A DNA stretch of 64,000 bases from the human T2T-CHM13v2.0 reference genome, Homo sapiens. A program made the translations under genes and the position numbers. A model generated the notes under the pieces. The model worked only from the letters and a program-made list of their open reading frames with translations. It was not told the DNA's origin and made no database searches. Positions 56,232-64,000 of this stretch are shown here, in pieces. Positions within the stretch are counted from its first letter, which is position 1; every line of letters starts with the position of its first letter. The DNA is taken from NCBI RefSeq assembly GCF_009914755.1, contig NC_060926.1; one strand, written 5' to 3'.

Positions 56232-56700
56232 CTCTCTCTCTCTCTGTATGAATATAGATGTGCGTACATAGAGGAAAACTCCAACTCTCTCTCTCCATGT
56301 CTCTCTCTCTGTCTCTCTGAATATAGATGTATGTACATAGAGAAAAACTCCAACTCTCTCTCTCCATGTCTCTCTCTCTGTCTCTCTGAATATAGATGTA
56401 TGTACATAGAGAAAAACTCCGACTCTCTCCATGTCTCTCTCTCTGTCTCTCTGAATATAGATGTATGTACACAGAGAAAAACTCCAACTCTCTCTCTCCA
56501 TGTCTCTCTCTCTGTCTCTCTGAATATAGATGTGTGTACATAGAGAAAAACTCCAACTATCTCTCTCCATGTCTCCCTCTCTCTCTCTCTGAATATAGAT
56601 GTAGGTACATAGAGAAAATCTCCAACTCTCACTCTCCATGTCTTTCTCAGTCTCTCTCTGTCTCTGACTTCTGTCTCTCTCTCTCTCTCTCTGTCTCTTC
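56232..56700. repeat. Minisatellite, 6 x 69 bp (one 65-bp unit) with CT tracts, intron 4
   Basis: TGAATATAGATG anchors at 56249, 56318, 56387, 56452, 56521 and 56590. Confidence 0.95.
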
Positions 56701-57620
56701 CCACTCTTTCTTTTTGTGCCCAGAAACCAGAGACAGGAAACTTCTTCCAGCAGCTGGGGCTATAGAAGTCTCGGCTCCTCCTCGGACACCACCTGCCTCT
56801 CCAGATTCCCCGCCCATCACCCTTTCCCACCCAGGGAGGCTGTGTTCTCTCCCCTTCCCCATGGCTTGCCTTGCCTGGTCAAGACTTCCCAGAGGTTCCT
56901 TTGTTGAAAAGGCTCCAGAGACAAATAGGTGGGTGGGGGAGGAGGGCTGGGTGTGGAACCCAGAAGTCATGGTCTCACTGGAGGCAGCCTGCCGGTGGAA
57001 CTGCCTTCCCACGCAGGCTGCCTGGAACACAGTCAGGGGAACTGCTCCTCAGCCAAGCTTCAGGGAAGGGGATTGCGAAACCCACTTGCCTCTCTGTTTC
57101 TCTCCCCTATCCATCCTGGACTTCTTTCCTTCCTCCCAACAAATACCTATTGAAAGTTCCATGAGGATGAGAAGTCGCATAGGCACTGGGGATCCAGACA
57201 TGAAGAAGACAGACAAGGCCCTGCCCTTGTGAGCCTTCCTGTGAGCTTGCCTTGTGTGTTTTCCATGATGGTCCCCACGTGGTAATCTCAGGACATCCCT
57301 GTGTAATTAGTACACTAATTCCATCTTACTGATGAGGGAGCTGAGGCTCAAAATGATGATGTAACTTGCACAAGGTCACCCAGCTAAAGGGGCAGTGCTA
57401 ACACCTGCTCCTAGGACTGTGACTCAGTGTCTCTCTTTTGCTTTCTAGGCCATGGGTTTCTTGCAGGAGGAGCTCTGTCTTCTTTCCTTCTTTCCACACA
57501 GTTGGCTCATCCCCATGCTCAGTGAACGTTTGTTGAATGAATCACCATGTAAGTGATTGCATGGCGTTGTTGCCCCATCCTGTTGACTGACTCATTAGTG
57601 TCTCTGTTCCTCTTCCTCAG

Positions 57621-57728
57621 GTCTTCAAGGTCACAAGGGGGCCATGGGCATGCCTGGTGCCCCTGGCCCGCCGGGACCACCTGCTGAGAAGGGAGCCAAG
57701 GGGGCTATGGGACGAGATGGAGCAACAG
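57621..57728 (+). CDS. MARCO: MARCO exon 5 (collagen, 108 nt, GLQGHKGAMGMPGAPGPPGPPAEKGAKGAMGRDGAT)
   Basis: cttcctcag| ... ACAG|gtacgg; 12 triplets, one with Ala in the Gly position. Confidence 0.97.
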
Positions 57729-57808
57729 GTACGGGTCTTTTTCTTCTGACCCTTAATCATTTTCCTCCTCCTTCTCTGGCTTCACTCTGAATTCCCTTTC
57801 CCTTCCAG

Positions 57809-57853
57809 GCCCCTCGGGACCCCAAGGCCCACCGGGAGTCAAGGGAGAGGCGG
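57809..57853 (+). CDS. MARCO: MARCO exon 6 (collagen, 45 nt, GPSGPQGPPGVKGEA)
   Basis: ccttccag| ... GCGG|gtgagt; follows an 80-nt intron. Confidence 0.96.
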
Positions 57854-58902
57854 GTGAGTAGGTGCTGGGTATGTACCCAGAAATACACAGCAAGTTTCTC
57901 AGAGTGACTGCTGTGGGCTGCAGACGCAGCCTCCCTCCAGAGTCTGGACCTCTGAGGGGTCTGTAGGTGAACGGAGGCCTGGTGGGAGACCCCAGAGGGG
58001 ATGAGAGGCTGGGAAGCACCCTTTCTGGTGGCCAGAGTAGGGCTGGGCAGCCGCCCTCAGGGGCAGGTATGGCTAGATGGCCTTCATCCTAGATGGGGCT
58101 GGGGGGTGTGACTCCTACCCCCTCCTCTGTGTGAGAATGTAAGTCTGCCAGTGCCACTTTGGAAAGTTGGCCTCCTTGGTCCAACAAGGACTCTGGTGTC
58201 AGGCACATGCACCTCCACCTTGGACTAGCTCTGTGCCCTTGGGAATGTTTCCTGATGTTCCCAAAGAAACCGAGCCTCAGTTTCTTTTTCTGTGATTGGG
58301 GATGAGAGGGCTGCAGAGGGCTGCCAGGGGGATTAGAGACAATGACACAAAGCTCATGATCGTTGCTTGGAAAGTATTAGTTTCCATTTTTTTAGACTGT
58401 TGCCTAATTCTGCCCAGCCATCTTATTAATATAAATGGGTTCACGGGGCCCGGTCAGAGAATGGGGGGCCCAGAGCTGTCCCTCCCCAGGGACAAACCCA
58501 AACATCAGTTTTCCATTCCACTCTGCTCCCATCCACCCTTAATTTAGAAACTCCAACTTGCAAATTCCGCAAGGGGTTGAGGCTGCTGGGATGTGAAGAT
58601 GCGAAGACATTAAGACCTTTACTAGACAAAGGGCAGATGAGAGGATTTACAAGGGAGTGGGGAGTAAACAAAGCAGGTCTCTAAGCCGCCAGGCTGCTGA
58701 GGCAGAAAGAAAACACCACCAGTTACAAGAAAGGAAACTTGTTAGGAGGTAGAATCCTCCAGAAATTGATTTTGGGAAGGAATTTAATAGAAGGGACCCC
58801 AAAGAGCCTATTGATCTGTGTCCAGCAGGGGGTTTTCTGAGGAGGGTTTAAGCGGGGAGGATAGGCAGACCAGAAGAAGGAAGGTTTATGGTGCAGTCAG
58901 AG

Positions 58903-59224
58903 GTGTGCACATGCATTCACACCACACACACTCACACTCATGTCTGAGGGCACATCTGTGCACATACTTGCATTCTCACACTCACTCACGCACCAATGTA
59001 ATCACACTCATGCACACACATGCACTCACATACACACATATACTCATGCACATATATGCACTCACATACACGCATATACTCATGCACACCCGTGTCTGAG
59101 CACACATCTATGTACATATTTGCATTCTTACACTTGCACAAGTACAATCACACTTGTGCACATATGCATATGCTCACACACATTTGCAGACATTCGCACC
59201 CCCCATGCACACACACTCACACTC
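58903..59224. repeat. Degenerate (CA)n/(CATA)n low-complexity tract, intron 6
   Basis: About 320 bp of CA-rich sequence; sub-block TGTCTGAG..CACATCT.TG.ACATA.TTGCATTCT.ACACT at 58941 and 59093. Confidence 0.85.
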
Positions 59225-60152
59225 AGCCTGTGGGGGCTTGAGCAGAGCAGGCTCACTCAGAGGGGAGTGGGTCTCCCTCCATCCTCTTTCCTCCGAGAGA
59301 GAGGGACTCAGGCTAGGTGACTGAAACTCACCAGAGTGGAGCCACTGAGGCTGGCTTGAAGGGAAAAGCCAGAAGCCTGAGGAGCACAGTCATTTCCTTC
59401 AAGAAGGAATAGAGCTGGAGCCTCCCCTTCTCTTTAGGACTCTGACAGGTAGGCACATCACACAGCCTTGACAGAGGGCTCAGAGCAGGACTGTGCAACC
59501 ACTAGCACTAAAACCAGGCAACCCCTTTTTCAGCCCAAATCATCTGGAACCCACATACATGAAACAGATCCACAAAGTAGGCTGTTGTGGTTCCATAGAG
59601 AGTGTGGAGTCCAGAGCCCATCTGCACTTTCTGCTTGGGCCCCACTGGCATCCTCAGGAAAAGCTTGTGTAATTCAGCAACTCACTTAGAGCCTCTCTAT
59701 ATACACCCACCTCCTCTCACTCCTCTCCTTCCCATCCTTTTCCACTTTGCCTCCTGGATCCCTCAATTTCCCCTCATAGTCTCACCATTTCTCTCCTCAA
59801 CAGATCCCTCCCTGCCCCTGCCCCTGCCCCAGGAACACCCAGCACCTCCAGTCTGTACTCCATATGCTAGCCTTGGATACCTGGGCCATGTGGGTGGGAA
59901 TCACCGTTTCTCAATTCCAATTTTGTCTTAGAACACTAATTATGCATCTGCTGAGGACAGGTAGTCATTAGCAGCCCCATTTTACAGATGAGAAAATTCA
60001 GATGCAGAATACTTAAGTGACTTTTCCAAAGTTATCAGCCTGGGGAGTGACAGAGCTACAATTCAAACACACTTGCCTGACTCTAAAGCCTTTCCTGCAC
60101 TGCCATGCAGGACATATTCCTAGGTGCTGTTCTGGACCTTTGGGAAGAGAGC

Positions 60153-60513
60153 TGTCTTAGCCTGTTTTGTGTCACTACTACAGAATACCTGAGACTGGGT
60201 AATTTACACAGAATAGAGGTTTACTTAGCTCATGATTCTGCAGGCTGGGAAGTTCAAGATTGGGCAGCTATCTCTGGCAGCTTCTGGTGAGGGCCTTGTG
60301 TTGAGTCAAAATGTGGTGGAGAAATGGAACTAGCTCTCTTGGTAACTAATCTAGTCTCACAAGAGCAGGAACTCACTCCATCTTGCCAGATGGGATTAAT
60401 CTCTTCATAAGAGATCTGTCTTTGTGACCCAAACACCTCCCCACTAGGACCTGCTGCATTAAGGACCAGGCTTCCAATGCATGAACTTTTGAGGGACACT
60501 TTCATGCCATAGC
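60153..60513 (-). mobile_element. MaLR LTR (MST/MLT1A-like) in intron 6
   Basis: tgtcttagcc...cagaatacctgagactgggtaatttac...ctcatgattctgcaggctgggaagttcaag...ccatagca. Confidence 0.8.
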
Positions 60514-60570
60514 AAGAGCAAACACTGCCTGGAACTGCCAGGGACTCTGCTGGTTGTGTTTGTGCAATCA

Positions 60571-60643
60571 TATGTGTGTGATTGTGTGTGTGCATGTGTG
60601 TGAAAAAGAGAGAGAGAGAGAGAGTGAGAGTGAGAGAGAGAGA
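60571..60643. repeat. Compound (TG)n(GA)n microsatellite upstream of exon 7
   Basis: Directly visible. Confidence 0.85.
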
Positions 60644-60758
60644 AAGATCTCCTTCTGGGAACCTTGCTCAACTAAGGGAATCTAGAATGTCAGCTGATTA
60701 AAGACATTTTAGACATTCTCAGGCCACAGCAACTGAGCTCTTTTTTCCTTCCTCACAG

Positions 60759-60803
60759 GCCTCCAAGGACCCCAGGGTGCTCCAGGGAAGCAAGGAGCCA
60801 CTG
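60759..60803 (+). CDS. MARCO: MARCO exon 7 (collagen, 45 nt, GLQGPQGAPGKQGAT)
   Basis: cctcacag| ... ACTG|gtaact; perfect Gly-X-Y. Confidence 0.96.
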
Positions 60804-61115
60804 GTAACTTGTACTTGCTCTGCTAGGGACAAATGATGCATAGCCTGAGGCACTGAGGCAGTTCCCCCCCACCCCCCATCCTCTTTCCACAGCCCCACCC
60901 CAGCCCCTGACAGTTACTGCCCACCCTACAGTCCTCTTCTCTTGAGTCCTGTCACATTTCTTCAAGACCACCCAAGAAATGAGCTAGCACATCCCCCAGA
61001 GGAAATCTGGGGATCCCATTCCCTTCTCTCCCAAATGCTTCCTGCCCCTTTGCCTCTGGTAGCCTGTCCCCAAAAGGATAGTGGGAGCCCATCTCACCAG
61101 CCATTCTCTTTGCAG

Positions 61116-61223
61116 GCACCCCAGGACCCCAAGGAGAGAAGGGCAGCAAAGGCGATGGGGGTCTCATTGGCCCAAAAGGGGAAACTGGAACTAAGGGAGA
61201 GAAAGGAGACCTGGGTCTCCCAG
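61116..61223 (+). CDS. MARCO: MARCO exon 8 (collagen, 108 nt, [36 protein letters not shown]); remaining collagen and SRCR exons lie beyond the window
   Basis: ctttgcag| ... CCAG|gtgagg; perfect Gly-X-Y; no further collagen exon found before 64000. Confidence 0.96.
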
Positions 61224-64000
61224 GTGAGGGCCGTATTGGGGGTGTCGGTGCTTGCCAGGAGGCCTGAGGGAACTAGGGCCTGACCTCTGTGCCATTGGGT
61301 CTATTCAGTGCCCACTGAGGGCAAGGCAGTGCTCTGTCTATGGGAATCTCTGGAGCACCACACATAGTCTCTTCTTTCCGGGTGAGCAAAGAGATGCAAT
61401 ATGAGAGGGAGAACAATGTCATTCCAGGCATGACTATGGCAAGCTGGGGCACAGGCAGTGCTAGGAGCTCAGAGAGGAAGCCAAGGGGATGAGGAGAGTG
61501 GGCCTGCACTGGGCCTTGGGAAGCAGGGCAGACTGACTGGTGGCAAGGGCAAGGGGATTGATTCAAGGAGGGAGACCCCAGGCAGCCAGAATCCCCCATT
61601 GACTGAGGGTGCTATCTCTAGAACAGTGTTCCTCAAGCCAAGGGCCAATATCATAAGAGCTGTTTGGGTGCTTGCTTAAAATGCAGGGAGGGCTCGAGGG
61701 TCTGTTTCAAATGCCCTGGATGGTTCTGACCATGAAGGTCTGTGCACCACACTCGAAGAAACACTGGCTTATGGGCTCTGGACTTGACTGAGCATGCCAC
61801 GCTCTCCGCCTCTCAGCCTCCTGCAGTCATTGGGGAGGCTCTGCAGTGAATGGCAGAGAGTGAGGATTGCGGGGCCAGGCGGGCTTGGTTCCCATCCCTG
61901 CTCTGCACCTGCTCCCCTGTGTGACTAACGCAATACTTCACCCTTCTGAGCTTTAATGTTCTCATTTTAGAAAAGAATGGTAATTAAGTTAAAAAATAAT
62001 TAAATTAGATATATTTTACAAGACAGTAATAAGGGTTAGAGACCATGTTTTCAAGCTGTCTGCAACATGATAGGCATTAAATACATGACAACTAGTAATA
62101 GGCATTAAATATGTGATAGCTAGTAATAGTAATAGTATTAGTAATAATAATAGTAGTAGTAGTTATCCTGTAACGTAGAAAGGGAAGGACTTCAGTTTCA
62201 AGATCAGACAGACCTGGGTTCTGATATGGCTCACTAACTGTGTGACCTTGGGCAAATGAATTAACCTCTCTTAGCCTCAATTTACTCTCCTAGAAAAGGG
62301 AGCTAATAATAATACAAACCTTTAATGAGGATGAATTACTGCAGGAATATAAGACATATGAGATGTGTACCACTGTACCTGGCACATGGGAATTCCTTAC
62401 AAAAAAACTGGGAAGCCTTGCCCTCAAGAAGACAGCCCTTAGTAGGGATGTGTCAGCCATCCTCAAATATTCAAAGGGCATTTGTGGGAAAGAAAATGGT
62501 CTTGCCCAGGGTGGTACCCAGCAGAAGAACAAGGACCAATGGACTAAGGTTTCAGGAGGACCAATTGTGCTAAGGCAAGGGAGGAAGAATGATTCAGAAC
62601 CTGGGGCTGACCCATGATGAAGTGCGTGGGCATGGGTTTTAGCGGGAAGCTGACTGCTGGGAGGGGAGGAGGGGCTGCAGAATTCTCCTAGGCTGGTCTG
62701 ATGAGGGATACTGGCACCAGGAACATGGTTGGGTGGTTGACCTCTGAGGATCCTTCCAAAGCTGGAACAACACAGTTCTCTTTATAGATGGGAAAGGGAG
62801 ACCCAGACTTTCTCAAGGTGGTCCTGCCAGCCCCAGAGAAGGGGCCTCAGCCAGGTCTTTGCCCACTGAGTCTGAGTTATGCAGCTTCCCAACCACACTG
62901 TCACAAAGGCACGCATAGAATCCACACCCAGACTCAGGCTTGGAAACGCTGTGGTTGGCGAAGGGAAAGGCAGCAGTTTGAGTTCTTCAAAAATCAGGAC
63001 TCAGGCCCACCCCTCCTCTTCCCAAATTTCCTCTCCCAAGATCATGAGGTCTCTCTTACCCATGGCTTGCTCAATCCACTGCTGGTGGCTGGGCTGTGCA
63101 AACCAAGAGAGACCTGACCCCAATAGTGCTGAGATTTTACCTATTCTCTTCCTGCTAGTAGACAGATAAGCCACCAACTTAAAGTCCCAGGGGATAAGCC
63201 TATTTTCCTCACTCTACTACTTAGCTACAGTTGGGAAGTTCTGAAGTCAGGCAGCTGTGCTTCCTTGGCTAGAGCCAGAGTGTGGTCCTCTGACTGATGT
63301 GATACTGCCCTCTTCCCAAAGCCATTCCCTTTGCTGGGGAGTGGAAGTTATAGCAACACAGATGCAGGTCCAGACCATTCTGAAGAAACTTCATGTGGCC
63401 CAGCAATGCTGTAACTTGATGGTCCTGGCCCACAGCAAAAAAGGCACCAACAGATTCCTCCAGGGAAACAGTTCTCAGTGCCTTCTAACAGGTGCCGTTG
63501 GCCCCTTCTCCAGGGTGGACACTCTGAACGGCCAAGAACAGCCTCCTCTGCTTTTTGCATCTCCAGCTGTTATAGGACGCCTCAGCCATAACCAAGTTCC
63601 TTAGGATTGCTTTGTCTTCCTCAAGGAGCAGCCACCCTTCAAGTATTCAGCCATCTCAAGGGGTCTGATTCATGAGCCTCATACCTCGTGAATTCACAGC
63701 ACTCAATGCTAAGACCCAGGGCTCTCCCTTCTTCCTCACCTCTTCAGAGCTCTCTCTCCCCTTTTCTAATTCACTGGAGAGAAGGCTGGTGTCATGCCTG
63801 AGTCCTCCCCAGCTTCAGAATTATCAAAATCATAGATTGGAGCAATAAATGCCTTTTAGCAAAATTGCATCCCAATAAGCCTTTTTGAAAGCCTAAAATG
63901 TTGTGTTGAGGTGAGATATTCCTCTTTAGACCTTTGCCCCACTCTACCCACCCCCAGGGGAGTGGAGTTGAGCACGGACACCCAGCTGATGGTGGGACCT

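Noticed and set aside
56232-56650. Regularly spaced repeats superficially like a CRISPR array
   Set aside because: Whole units repeat with no unique spacers; eukaryotic intron with no cas genes.
56156-57232. Long overlapping ORFs (278, 224, 137 and 118 aa) with repetitive peptides
   Set aside because: Produced by the 69-bp minisatellite (a multiple of 3) and CT tracts; open on both strands; no protein-like composition.
59806-59830. Template-strand G-quadruplex motif, (GGGGCA)3GGGAGGG
   Set aside because: A real motif, but common in GC-rich introns and with no supporting context.
61098-61115. Alternative in-frame acceptor 15 nt upstream of exon 8
   Set aside because: Poor pyrimidine tract and too close to the probable branch point (CTCAC at 61093-61097); it would also break the Gly-X-Y register.

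Overview
Primate (most likely human) genomic DNA carrying the 5' half of MARCO (class A scavenger receptor with a collagenous domain) on the + strand. Coding exons 1-8 lie at 25586-61223 and the gene continues past the window end. I spliced the exons by hand: all have GT-AG boundaries, all introns are phase 1, and the product runs cytoplasmic tail, TM helix, spacer, then Gly-X-Y repeats. The 25 kb upstream and the 26.8 kb intron 1 are dominated by transposable elements. These include a full-length Tigger4/Zombi-like DNA transposon interrupted by a solo LTR, an antisense HERV-I (LTR10) provirus with both LTRs, PBS-Ile, PPT and TSD, and a full-length sense L1PB1-like LINE. There are also several L1PA, Alu, MaLR, L2, MIR and MER fragments. 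Almost all ORF-track entries are repeat-derived or chance. I see no novel protein-coding system. The best leads are regulatory: a uORF whose stop overlaps the MARCO start (ATGA), a PU.1/IRF motif cluster about 1.5 kb upstream, two NRF2/MAF elements (one inside the L1 5'UTR), a back-to-back LTR10/L1 promoter pair, an inverted L1 pair in intron 1, an exon 3 acceptor without a polypyrimidine tract, and recent tandem repeats. Repeat subfamily names come from recalled consensus sequences and were not searched.
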